Assembly (NCBI GenBank): GCA_965235115.1 | Contig: OZ249438.1 | Coordinates: 18,166,001-18,230,000 of the forward strand | From: Laetmonice hystrix | Taxonomy: Eukaryota | Reading direction: 5' to 3' | DNA length: 64,000 nt | Part shown: piece by piece, positions 1 through 12,244 of the stretch | How positions within the stretch are numbered: the first letter of the stretch is position 1 | Layout: each line of letters opens with the position of its first letter | Position numbers and translations under genes: made by a program | The notes under the pieces: generated by a model | Database searches by the model: none | Told to the model about the DNA's origin: nothing | What the model saw: only the letters and a program-made list of their open reading frames with translations

Positions 1-2257
1 TTGGCAGAAATATTCTGGGCAGAGCTGATGAACCTAGTTCACCCTCGTGAATCAGGAACGACTTACCACTAGTCGGGCGGCGGGGATGACGTTAGTTTTC
101 TCAACCTTTGTAGATCGATTGACGTGGCAGATTATGTCCCTTTGTAGGAAGCCCATTTAAAAGCATCATAATTTTGGTTGTACTATTTTTACTCCGTCCC
201 TTTTCCTTTGATTTAGTTTCCACGTCATTTCGATTTGTGTTGGTGCGTACTGTGTTGAGTACTGGCCCGTCGATCAGACACCAGCCTTTATATACAAACA
301 CCTGCCCGCCCGTCTCACTCCAGCCAATACACCGTCTCTACCTGCACCTTCTACTGGCTGCTGTCAGTCAGTCAACCTGCAAACTGGGCAAGCTTTGCCG
401 CACTGGGAACTACTGCATCACCGCTGTCAAGCTGTAAACTTGACAAGAGTGTACTCACAATTAGTCTGTGAATCAGGCATACAATCTGCAGAAAGAGACT
501 CCTTCTTTAATACCTTACTTAAACATTATCGTAAATCCATGGTGTTCCTGGGACACAATGTCCCTCTGCACGAGGACAACCCTCTAAGTGGTACCTCAGC
601 CAATTCTGGCTTTCATCTTCTGGTTCTGAGAGGGCCGAAACTTCACTCTAAGCAACATTTCATGAAGGCTTTCATCAAGTGTGGCAATACTTCTTGTGCC
701 TGTACCAGACACCTAAAACACATGTCTCATTTCCTTCTCTACGCATTAGCAGCTGAGGTTTTACAATTTGACTACAGCGGCTCGATCACATTATCCTCTA
801 TAAACCTGATTAACACAATCTCATTGTGCAAGTAATCCTCCCTCTATACAGTAACTAATAACTTAGATCCATTATGAATAATATGGAGCATATTTTGTAC
901 TTCAGGATATAATTGCTTAATTTGCCATTCTAACATGGTTACGCAGTCCCAAATGGTCCATGTCTAATCTCTTTCTCAACTTTACAACCTTGTTATATCA
1001 GTTTATTGTATCAGGAAGAGACCTTTTTATCCAACTGAATCCTTATGAAAGATTAAGCGCACTTTGAGGCTCCTCCCTGACCCGGTCGTTTCTTTTCTGT
1101 GGGAATGCCTTCAATAATTGGGAGTGGCAGAACAATTGTGGGAGCCCGCTGCCGAGGGCTGCCCGGTTAGCTCCAAAGGCACAACCCGGCGGCCGGCGGG
1201 CCCCGGTCTCCATGCTCCCCTCGCATCAATCACAATTCATTTCAAATTGTTCTGTCAACATTTACAATGTGCTGATAATGGATATATCATTTTCAGTGTT
1301 TGCTGTGGGGTTCTACTGTTTCTCAGCACGACTTCCAACAGAAAATAGCTCCAACATTGGTTTTAAATCCAGTAAAGAAATAATCAAAAAAAATAGAGCT
1401 TACTCACCGGGATCTGGTAACAGTCAACATTTTCACTTCAAACATAGGATGTTGTGTGAAAACTACGGTAGCCATGGCATCTCCCCAGCGGGGCCATATA
1501 TTTACTTTACCTAAGGTTTCAAATCATAGAGTTTCTAGCAGCGAGTACAAAGTCGTTATTCTACCCTGTGAATGTCCCTTATGTAGTTCACATAAGTCAC
1601 ACTTAACTTCCATTTCAGTGCGTTTTTTAGTTCGTTCTTCTGAGTAATTCAAGAGCACACAAGTGAACCATGCAAACCTATCCAACTTGGGATTCAATAT
1701 TTCAAGGCCTTGTAAAAGCATTAAGTCCCTACAGTGGATTTTATAGTGGGCTAGACTTAAGGAGATCCTCACACCCTTCCTCATATTGGCCCGGTGTGTT
1801 TGTCCCCCAGCTTAATGAAGATGATGAGATGAACTCGCCTCTTAATGACATTCTACTAAGGCTCTGTCAATAGGGCAACTAATGGCGAGGACCGGCCCCT
1901 AAGGGTGTGTCTAGATTAGGTCTCTTCTTACGTTTTACATGTAGGAGGGGAAATCTAGACCGAACAATCAGGTGACTGGAAATACTTCAGACGGCCATCG
2001 AAAAAAGGCACCCTTTTACCCTTTCCGCACCTTCTATTCTAGCACATTTTCTTTTAGCGCCAGCTCATGCTTTTTTCTTCGTTCTCAAAACTGACCAAAT
2101 GACCTACCTATTCACGCACCTGTAACTATTCTACGTTAATTATATACGTTTTTTAATATGTCATACGGGGAAGTTTGAATTTACGTCATATTAGTCATAT
2201 GCTTTCATCTTCAAAGTATTTGACTGGAATTTTTTCAGGGGTTTATAGTTATGTTAA

Positions 2258-2495
2258 AGGGTGACCCAGGAAAGTTCAGGATGGGAGTTTACATAGTACT
2301 TCTAACTACTATTCATAATATTTAATTTCAACCCTTTTCTATACACAGGTATGTGTGTACACATTTACCACATAGGAGCGCTCGTTTACGACATTTGTAC
2401 TGCCTTTGATCCCCAAAATTAATTCTGATTGTAAGAAGTATCTCAAGCGTCATAAATCATGAAATATTTCATCCTGAAATTTGCTGGGTCACCTT
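2258..2495. mobile_element. Non-autonomous DNA transposon (MITE), Kolobok-like
   Basis: Imperfect ~26-bp terminal inverted repeats: left agggtgacccaggaaagttcaggatg, right catcctgaaatttgctgggtcacctt. Left flank is TTAA (2254-2257) and right flank TTAT (2496-2499, one mismatch). A TTAA target with purine-purine termini is the Kolobok pattern (established); the superfamily call is inference. Confidence 0.65.
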
Positions 2496-2569
2496 TTATT
2501 AAAGCAAGTACAACTCGGAGCCGCCTACCGTCCGGCGCTCAGTATGTGATAACGATTCTGCCCTCTTAC

Positions 2570-2680
2570 CTTCTGTGCACTGTTTCTTGACAGGAGTACC
2601 CTGTGTGATAGCGAGCAGAGGTTGCTCTGGACTCCGTTTGTATTTCTGGCGTCCTCCCCTCACTCTGTCTAGTCGAACAC
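2570..2680 (-). CDS. ERR: Estrogen-related receptor, internal exon encoding the T-box/C-terminal extension and hinge
   Basis: Minus strand reads tttctgttgacag|GT GTT CGA CTA GAC AGA GTG AGG GGA GGA CGC CAG AAA TAC AAA CGG ... ACA GAA G|gtaaga = (G)[50 protein letters not shown] is characteristic of ERR rather than ER (established knowledge). It is 111 nt, phase 1-1, with a T-rich acceptor and GTAAG donor. Confidence 0.96.
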
Positions 2681-5218
2681 CTGTCAACAGAAATCAAAAA
2701 AATACAAAATACATAACTTTATAACTAGCTATGATTCTTCTGGTGCCAGTTATCTCTATGTTTCATAGGTGCCACACTGTCTACACTTGTGTCAGATGGT
2801 GTATATTATAATACCAGTATCATGCAACCAAAGGTTTTTTGTATCCTCAACTGTTGTCTGTACACATCTAGTGCAGTATAGTGGGAAGATGTACTGTGGC
2901 CGAAAATTGGTTCCGACTTCATGTGTATAAAGATCCATTATTTGGAGGAAAGGCATGCCCTAATCTAATGTCAGAAATGGATGACTCGTATAAAGCTCAA
3001 TAAGACTGTTAACCTCTGGGTGGTAATCATCAAGTACTAATCTTCCCTCCTCATGCACCTCACGTGTTGTTAGCCAATGGCTCCTGTCGTATAAAACCTT
3101 GCTCGCATTGTATTAGAAATGTTTGCAGTTACAATCCCAAACGGATAGACAAATCAGTATAAAACATAATGACTGTATGGACCAATGCGATTTTCGTCAG
3201 TGCAATAAAACATTTAACGTAAATCAAGAAAAAGATGCAAATCTAGGGCTCTACATAGAAAGAGGTAGCACAGCGTTTTTGCTTAGACAAAGAATTAGAT
3301 ATAAAGCACCTGCTTTTTATTATTTTATCTTGGCATCAAGTCTTACTGGAAGTATGTGGTGGCCTTTACTTGTATTGTACTGAGGCGCGTCCATGCATAG
3401 AGGGTGTCAGCTCTAACAATACGGGCCGAGTTTAACATTTCCGGCCCTGATTGCTGGCTTTCCTCGCACTCAGTATGTCTTCAATCTGATGCTATACCAC
3501 CAAGGTAGTGCATACGAATACCTACCTGTTGAGATGTTTTGTACACAAGGTACGCCATAGCTCATGACATTTCATTTCAGAAAAGGTATAATAAGACTAT
3601 TGGTATGCATAGACGAGAAGAAAGAAGGTCTGAAACAGTCTCTGGGTTAAGACTAGCTTTGGCCTTAACAAATCCAAGAGCGTGTGTTGGGCTTTGGGCC
3701 ATACCAGATGGGATTGAAACTCATTGCACGATTTTCTGACTTGGCAGAATTAAAATGTACATTTTCCGGCTATGAATTCTGCTATTGTGAAAACATTCGG
3801 CATGAATATGGCATGTTGAGTTGAACGGAAAGAATGACCAAGCTCCGTGCAGCTCCCACAACGCAAACAAGGTGTGTTTGCCTGACTTTGACCGTGGTTT
3901 TGTGGGCAAGCACACACCAACAGCAATTGGCATGATGCTGTAATAATGCCGCAATACTGTGTCGTCTTCACACTTTACCACTGTGGTCGGGCTGTTTGTG
4001 TAGACCCACAACGACCCGAGAGGTGATGACCTTTTACCGATCACTAACACGTTGTCAGGGAACAATGGCGTACGTTGCCAGGAGATTCTAAAGTAGATTC
4101 CACTGCTCACTGGCCTCGCCTGCGTACATCATCAACATATGGTATGCCACAACCTTTTTCTCCTCTCCTTTGCCGCCAGACTACCGAGTGGCGTCTGAAG
4201 GAACTTTTTGTTTAACTAGTGTTTTATATCCATGTCAAGGACTTGGCTTTCTGCAGTGTTTATATTTCAGTTTGAAATGACAACGGGACTGATCAGAGTA
4301 CTCTTTACTCACACTGTAACTCAAACATCACCTCACCCTCATTGCCCGGCGCTCGATTCACACCCGAGTGGTTTATAACAACCCAACAGTAACTAGTGTA
4401 TGAACGTTTCCATGTCCCTCGGACACCACACTCAGAACTGATAACTTCAGGCCAGAAAACATCACCAAATCTGCACAAATTTCACATAAATTCGTTGAAT
4501 TTGTCACAGAAAGAAAAGGGGATCGATTAACTTCAGTAAACGGAAGCATTTTGTCACAATTGTTGGCTTTTTAGATCCGAGATTGGTATCAGTTGCAATA
4601 ACTTGCATGTAAATGGTCTCAAATAAAATTGCGACTGTATCCCTTTTAGCTCTTCTCGTGACACCTGACGCCAAGCCCTTACGAGGCTGACCACGGTAGA
4701 AGCGTGGTGTTTTATGACGATTGCGTTATTCTGTGAGCACTGTTAAACATGTAATTTAAAAGCTTCGGCCCAATGACACCGACTGAATAACATGGTCGGG
4801 ACGAGTTACTGCCATCTTCTCAGATGGTTCCTCCCCATCCCTGTACGCAACATTGTACGACAGGCCGATACCCTTCCTACAGTTTGCCTAGCCAACTTTT
4901 GTTGTCTGCATATATCCATACTGCCAGTCGCTTCTACACTCTACTTACTACCTGGTGTAAGGTTCATATACACACAAACACACTAAGACAATGCCGCGGC
5001 GCCTATGAAGTGGGAACCCTCTTAGCGAGCCGCTATGTGAACTGTTTACACGGGGCCGGTTCCGTGGGGGCCTCTGGTGTACACTATCAACACCGAGCCT
5101 TATAAGCCGACGTTGCATTCCACTGCTGACCTCCCAGCAAAAACCCTTGGCTTATCATTTATTACATTAGACTAATAACACTTGACGGGTCAGAATCTGA
5201 CCGTGAATGATAGTGCTA

Positions 5219-6439
5219 CATAGGACACGGGTATGGAATCATAGACTGTTCTAATGCTCGTAGTACCACATGCTACCGTTTTCACCAACAGTTTCATAGG
5301 ACACGGGTATGGAATCATAGACTGTTCTAATGCTCCTAGTACCACTTGCTACCGTTTTCACCAACAGTTTCATAGGACAAGGGTATGGAATCATAGACTG
5401 TTCTAATGCTCGTAGTACCACATGCTACCGTTTTCACCAACGGGAACTTTCATAGGACAAGGGTATGGAATCATAGACTGTTCTAATGCTCGTAGTACCA
5501 CTTGCTACCGTTTTCACCAACAGTTTCATAGGACACGGGTATGGAATCATAGACTGTTCTAATGCTCGTAGGACCACTTGCTACCGTTTTCACCAACAGT
5601 TTCATAGGACAAGGGTATGGAATCATAGACTGTTCTAATGCTCGTAGTACCACTTGCTACCGTTTTTACCAACGGTTTCATAGGACAAGGGTATGGAATC
5701 ATAGACTGTTCTAATGCTCGTAGTACCACATGCTACCGTTTTCACCAACAGTTTCATAGGACACGGGTATGGAATCATAGACTGTTCTAATGCTCGTAGT
5801 ACCACTTGCTACCGTTTTCACCAACGGTTTCATAGGACACGGGTATGGAATCATAGACTGTTCTAATGCTCGTAGTACCACTTGCTACCGTTTTTACCAA
5901 CGGTTTCATAGGACACGGGTATGGAATCATAGACTGTTCTAATGCTCCTAGTACCACTTGCTACCGTTTTCACCAACGGTTTCATAGGACAAGGGTATGG
6001 AATCATAGACTGTTCTAATGCTCGTAGTACCACTTGCTACCGTTTTCACCAACAGTTTCATTGGACAAGGGTATGGAATCATAGACTGTTCTAATGCTCG
6101 TAGTACCACTTGCTACCGTTTTCACCAACGGTTTCATAGGACAAGGGTATGGAATCATAGACTGTTCTAATGCTCGTAGTACCACTTGCTACCGTTTTCA
6201 CCAACGGTTTCATAGGACACGGGTATGGAATCATAGACTGTTCTAATGCTCGTAGTACCACTTGCTACCGTTTTCACCAACAGTTTCATAGGACAAGGGT
6301 ATGGAATCATAGACTGTTCTAATGCTCGTAGTACCACTTGCTACCGTTTTCACCAAAAGTTTCATAGGACACGGGTATGGAATCATAGACTGTTCTAATG
6401 CTCGTAGTAACACATGCTATAGTTTTCACCAACAGTTTC
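5219..6439. repeat. Tandem minisatellite, 76-bp unit x16
   Basis: Unit tttcataggacacgggtatggaatcatagactgttctaatgctcgtagtaccacttgctaccgttttcaccaacag. The tagg marker recurs at 5221, 5297, 5373, 5453 (4-nt insertion), 5529 ... 6365. There are no spacers. Confidence 0.97.
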
Positions 6440-7740
6440 GACTTCTCGGAGATCCAATTCGATTCCATTCTACATGTTCTGAACTTTTTTCAAAATAGCC
6501 TACTATTTGTATTCTAAGTTGAAAGCTAGCTACAAAAACAAGAGAGTAGCTAAGCAGTCATTCTGATTGATTAAAATGATCTGTTTGAGGTTCATCGTCC
6601 TCATGCAGACCATCATTGTGCAAAGTTTCAGAGAACTTTACCAATACACTTCTTTACCAATACACTTATAAATGCTATTTCAAAGATTCAAATACGTCCT
6701 TTCAGTTTTAGTTCATCTCTCTAATAAAAAATGTCTCCCTTAATGGAGAACACTATTACATGTCAATTCTAGAGCTGCGTCAAGCATCCCTTCCTGTGGA
6801 ATAAATATTTCAGGTTGGTGCCTGACAAACCATCAAAAAGAAATCTCTCGTTCTTAATCGCCTTTTTACCCTTTTACCCTTTTTTTCTTGCGCCCACGGC
6901 TATGGTTGCGTTTACAGGTGATTGGTGGAGATAGACCAACTGAGCGGATGTCGAGGATCCACAAAAGACTATTTTTATCTTACAAAGCGGTACGGTGTTG
7001 GTCTATCTTTAGAGGGGCGGGCAGCTTTGTGAAGACTGCTTCTGTGACCATTATGGTCTTTCCCACCGGAGTGCTGTCGTCTTGATGACTGGATAGGAGC
7101 GTTTTCCAGGGCTCCTCCTCCTCCCCGAGTCCGCTGACACTGAAAGGGCCTAACTCTGACATGGGCGTATTGAAAATTGATACTTGGAGGTCGTGACCCA
7201 CAGCTGGTAGGGGGTACTCAGTACATCCACTCCATACGGCCCAGCATACAGGCTAAGTCAGGCGTATCAACAGCCACAAATTATCTGTCCTATGCCATTT
7301 TTGAAAGAATCCCTGCCGGACGAAACAAAAAATTGGCCGGTTCTAAATCGGAAGATGACAAATTGAACCTTCACAACGTTATCAACTTTCCGACAACAAA
7401 ATTCATGAAACATTATATCATTGTTTATATGCGCTGAACAAGGATAACTATGTAAACCCATATATTACTTCGTTAACGACAGCGTTACCTCGACAAGGAA
7501 CGCTGCAGCCCCCCCCCCCCCCCCTACACTGCTGTTCGCCCATGATGACTTTTTTCGTCATGAGTGTTTTTATGTGGGTGTGCCCATTAACTGGGGTATT
7601 GGTAAAGGCTCCAGGCTGATTGTTCCGTCTCATATTTAACAGAAAGCAGATTGATATAAAAGTACAATTACTACTGAAAAGCAATAATTTTCTTTGAAAA
7701 CATATCATTTTTCAAAGCCCAAAAGGTAGGTGAGCTGCAG

Positions 7741-8538
7741 GTGGGGGCTATAGTTGAGATGGTGGGTGGGGCTATCCCCAGGTGATGGGAAGACATTGGT
7801 ATCGATATGTGATGGGTGGGGCTATTCGCAGGTGTTGGGACGACATGGGGATCCATGGGTGGGGCTATCCGCAGGTGTTGGGACGACATGGGGATCCATG
7901 GGTGGGGCTATCCACAGGTGTTGGGACGACATATGGGGATCCATGGGTGATAGGCGGGGCTATCCGCAGGTGTTGGGACGACGTGGGGGATCCATGGGTG
8001 AAAGGCGGGGCTATCCGCAGGTGTTGGGACGACTTGGGGGATCCATGGGTGATAGGCGGGGCTATCCGCAGGTGTTGGGACGACGTGGGGATCCATGGGT
8101 GATCGGCGGGGCTATCCGCAGGTGTTGGGAAAACGTGGGAATCCATGGTTGGTGGGTGGCCCATGTGTGAGGGGCTATCCGCAGGTGTTGGGACGATATG
8201 TGAATCCATGGTTGGTGGGTGGCCCATGTGTGAGGGACTATCCGCAGGTGTTGGGACGATATGTGAATCCATGGTTGGTGGGTGGCCCATGTGTGAGGGA
8301 CTATCCGCAGGTGTTGGGACGATATGTGAATCCATGGTTGGTGGGTGGCCCATGTGTGAGGGGCTATCCGCAGGTGCTGGGACGACATGGGAATCGATGG
8401 TTGATGGGTGGCCCAGGTGTGAGGGACTATCCGCAGGTATTGGGACGACATGGGAATCCATGGTTGGTGGGTGGCCCAGGTGTGAGGGACTATCCACAGG
8501 TGCTGGGACGACATGGGAATCCATGGTTGGTGGGTGGA
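7741..8538. repeat. G-rich composite minisatellite, unit growing from 43 to ~51 to 63 bp
   Basis: Shared core gggctatccgcaggtgttgggacgac...atccatgg. Spacing is 43 (7861-7904), 50-52 (7904-8108), then 63 (8170, 8233, 8296, 8359, 8422, 8485). Confidence 0.95.
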
Positions 8539-11500
8539 TCTAGCTGAGATGATGGTGTTAGTGACCTCAGGGTGATATATTGTACAGGGTGGATGGCGGG
8601 GCAGGGATCTGTCAGTTTATGGCAGCAGGCAGTCTACCTGCAGCCATCGCGTTCGGAAGGGGTTGGCACACGTGCGGCCTTGACCACTGCACCCTTCTCT
8701 CACACGACCGCACCCTGCGCCTGCCAAGGCTGGCCAGCCACCCAGAGTAGAGGATGTGCCCAAGGCTTCCACCCAGCACTAGGAAGTGAACTGAGAGGGA
8801 CTACTGACGGTGAACAACGCTTCCACTTCCTGCCCGCCAGGCCGACCAGATTTAACCCTTCTGACGGAGAGTGAAAACACTGGTATTCATCAGAATATCA
8901 AATACGTAAACAATTCATATTTCACTGCAGTTTCCAACGATAACCTTTCATACAAGCACCAATATTAATTTGATGGCCTCAAGAGAAAGGATTCTGGCAC
9001 TAGAAATCGGGGTGCTGTAAAACATCCATGAAAAAGATGTGGCATCTAATCATTTCTGAGGACAATTTCTCCTGGTTCTTTTGCATACCGAGTCTGGTGT
9101 ACCCTCTCATCTACGTTTCTAATTTCATTACTATCTTTCCTTCCTCCTGAAGGTTCAAGGCATACAACAAAAGAATCTTTTGAAGAATTAAAGATCTTAA
9201 CAAACGGACAAGACCTTTCAAGATGATGTATTAAGCGTGAAAAAGGACTTAGCCTAGATTCTCGAACATATCCAGACGGCAAAGTATATCGACTTCACCC
9301 TTCGATAAAACCTGTGTTTTGTTCATTTCCCTCGACCCAAACCGGAGTAAAAAGTATCATGAACTATGGAACTTGAAGCAGTGACTAGTCAGCCGAGGTG
9401 AGCCGATCAGCAAGCCGCGGGTGGTCGGCCGTGGACAGGACTGGGGTGACGACATCAGTCACTGAGCCAGCTAGGATGGTCAATCCGGCGGCCAGGTACG
9501 TAACGAATGATCAAAGACACGGAACGAGCCATCATTGACTGATCTAACCGACCACGACCTTCACTGGCACGTTCTACCTCCCACAGACCGCCAACCGTCT
9601 ATCATTACCGGCCGCTCCCCCGGCATCCCGGCCTCAGGCCAGCCGCCGTCAAGGCCGACCGGTGGCAACACAACCGATTCTTTTCATCTTACAATATTTA
9701 AACATCAAATGAATTAAACTGAAATCTTGTACACAAACATTAGAAACAAATGTGCGTGAACACATCAGATACCGCTGGTCAGCGCTCCTAAACTCGCCGG
9801 CTTCGAAAATAGAAAAAGAGAAAAAGAGATTTATTTTCTGGTCCCGACAGAACCGCCCGCCGACATACGGTGTTGGTTACCTGTCTACTACATGCGCTGC
9901 CACCGACAAATTGGCCGTACATATAATACTTTTCCGTCTACATTTAGCTGTACATTTGGTACTAGTATCTTCTTCATGCAGTTTGGTTGGTTGCTGCACA
10001 TGTGCGATAGATAATATTGGTTGTCTCGGTATATTTATGGTACCCGACTGGTATCCTGGTTGCCCAGTTATGTGGTTCCAGTACATAGGTTGATTGTATG
10101 TGGCACATGAAAGCTGACTGTAGTTGTGTTGCTGCCACCCAAATATTAGTTGTCTATACGTGAGGTGCTATAAAAACGGTTGGATATTGTCCAGTGGTCT
10201 AACAAGTTCCCGGACTAGCGCCGACAAGAGGTGTTTACACCTGACTCCGAGAGGCAATTGATGTAAACACTGCTCAAGAGCAGTGCTGAAATGCAGTGAC
10301 TCTACCGGTCTGCAGTGAAATATGTCGACACTGCTGGAGAACTACAACTGCGAGTATAAAGATAATTGATAGCAACAGTGCTCAAGGACTAGCCCTTACC
10401 GGCAATGTATCAATAGGTCTAGCCTTAGCAAGCAATGTGTCAACAGGCCTAGGGTTGGCAGGCACTGTGTCAACTTCTCCAGCACCAGCCTCACCGGCAT
10501 TCTAGCGAGGGTCCTGCCAACTTCGGAATCTCCAACCATGGTGTCTTGGTGATGCCTCATGTCTACCTCCCTTCAAAAGAACACTTCTTGCCAAACTGAC
10601 TTGGTCGTGCCGGAGACCCTTTCATCTTCATCTGTACACACTGAATGTAACACCAGACAAAAGCTATGGAATAAAAGAACACCAAATGAGAAGGGCCAAT
10701 ATTGATTTGTGCAATCAATGGGCTATGTATCAGGTGTTTGAAATGCTAGCCATCTGAAGACGTCAAGCAGCTAGATTTGACTGGAAGGGGCCAGAGGAGG
10801 GGTCACGAATTGCCTGTTTGCTTGCGTGTCTGCAGTTTTTAAAGATTTTTTTTTGCTTTTCCTTCATTCGCCTCCGTCCTTCTGGCTCCTCCCTTTCTAG
10901 TCAGCAGAATCAGATATATGCACTGTAGAAGTCACCAGATGACTACAGACGTCTTTCCTCCTGGAGTTGGCTACTGCCAGTTTTGAGATTATAGACATGT
11001 CAAAGGGCCAAGTGTCCGCCAGATTCCAGATCTGATGCCAATATCTGATGCCAATAAGTATTCTTCCAGAGCCAATTAGCACCACCTGATTGGCTGTAAT
11101 ATACTTCCTCAAAACGATCCCCATTGGAGCAGATATTAACAATGTTTAATTCCAAAATCAATCACACGTTAGGTGGGAATGTTGAGACTGAGAGGGTGGC
11201 CGGACCGGATATCTATGTACTCTCCAATCTTACCTCTTAGTGTTGGCATTTCTCCCTCCTGTCTGTATTACTCTTTTAAATACCGATCGAGTATATAATT
11301 TATAGTTTAATTATGCACCATCTTATGTTATATAATAAATAGGACTGGCACTCGTGTTCGCTGGTCGTCAAAGATTAAGTTGCAATTCATTGCAGGAATC
11401 TTGCTAGGTCTTATTAAGCAATCCAATAGTTACCTGTCCGATAGTTACCTACGCTCTATGGCTGACTGGGAGGGTTTTATGATTTTTTAGGTGCCATGGT

Positions 11501-12127
11501 TTAACCGGTTCAATCAAGTTCTAGCCCACTAGAACCGGTCTGAGCTTACCAAAACCTGCCAAATGTCTGCTTCTGCATGACTTCACAACAAGGCCTGTGG
11601 ACTCTTTTATACAGCTAACAAAAACAGCTCAACAAAGATAACATCAAAATTTCTGGATCAACGCTGTACCCATCCACCGCCCTTCAAAAAAGGGGGAAAA
11701 AGGAAAAAATAATGAAAGCCAATCTACATAGGGAGACTAAGACAAATCTATATGCCCCTCGTGGATTGCACGGAAGATATTTTGCTGCTATCACGCAAAT
11801 CCACTGCCATCGCCCAACCACCCGGTTCTACCCCGAGTCCATGTAATTACAGTCGTGCGACTGGCTGGCCTTGGGACATCTCCATTTTCTGGGACAGTCA
11901 AACACGAATTAAAACCTTCCCCATCACTTTTATATCTAGATATCAGTACATTTCGGACTGTTTCAGTAAAGATCATCGCGTTGCCGATAGCACCAAGTCT
12001 TTGTCAAAGAAAAGAAATTCTAGCGACTGTTTGAGGACTGATCAATATTACATAGTTTGTGCATTACATCCCGGACTGTTCAAGGAGCAGCCAACAGCCA
12101 GCAATGATGTTATGCTAAGTTCGTTAC

Positions 12128-12244
12128 CTTCTTTGAGCATTCCCATGCGTAAGCACTTCTGGAAGCGACATGCCTGGCAGGCCTTCCTCCGTCGCTTGGT
12201 GATTTCACAGTTGCCGTTGGCAGGACACGAGTACTCTATGTTCC
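12128..12244 (-). CDS. ERR: Estrogen-related receptor (NR3B), internal exon encoding the second C4 zinc finger of the DNA-binding domain
   Basis: Minus strand reads ttgttgtag|GG AAC ATA GAG TAC TCG TGT ... ATG CTC AAA GAA G|gtaacg = (G)[38 protein letters not shown](G). This has the nuclear-receptor Cys spacing and ERR-type residues. It is 117 nt with AG/GT ends, phase 1 on both sides, and splices in frame to the 2570-2680 exon. Confidence 0.96.

Larger units (their letters stand above)
2681..12127 (-). other. ERR intron (9,447 bp, GT-AG, phase 1) between the zinc-finger-2 and hinge exons
   Basis: GT at 12127-12126 and AG at 2682-2681 on the minus strand. Splicing gives the contiguous conserved peptide [21 protein letters not shown]. 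Confidence 0.92.

Noticed and set aside
626-641. Hammerhead-like CTGAGAG-GGCC-GAAAC
   Set aside because: The core lacks the CUGANGA pattern, and the stem-III partner has G where the conserved U is required.
5219-6439. 76-bp unit as a tRNA-derived repeat (tRNA length, weak A/B-box-like motifs on minus)
   Set aside because: No cloverleaf stems form, the box spacing is ~35 nt rather than ~45, and both boxes have mismatches.
7754-8547. Several 60-220-aa ORFs in many frames
   Set aside because: They are products of 51- and 63-bp (3n) stop-poor repeat units, with no splice or start context pointing to one frame.
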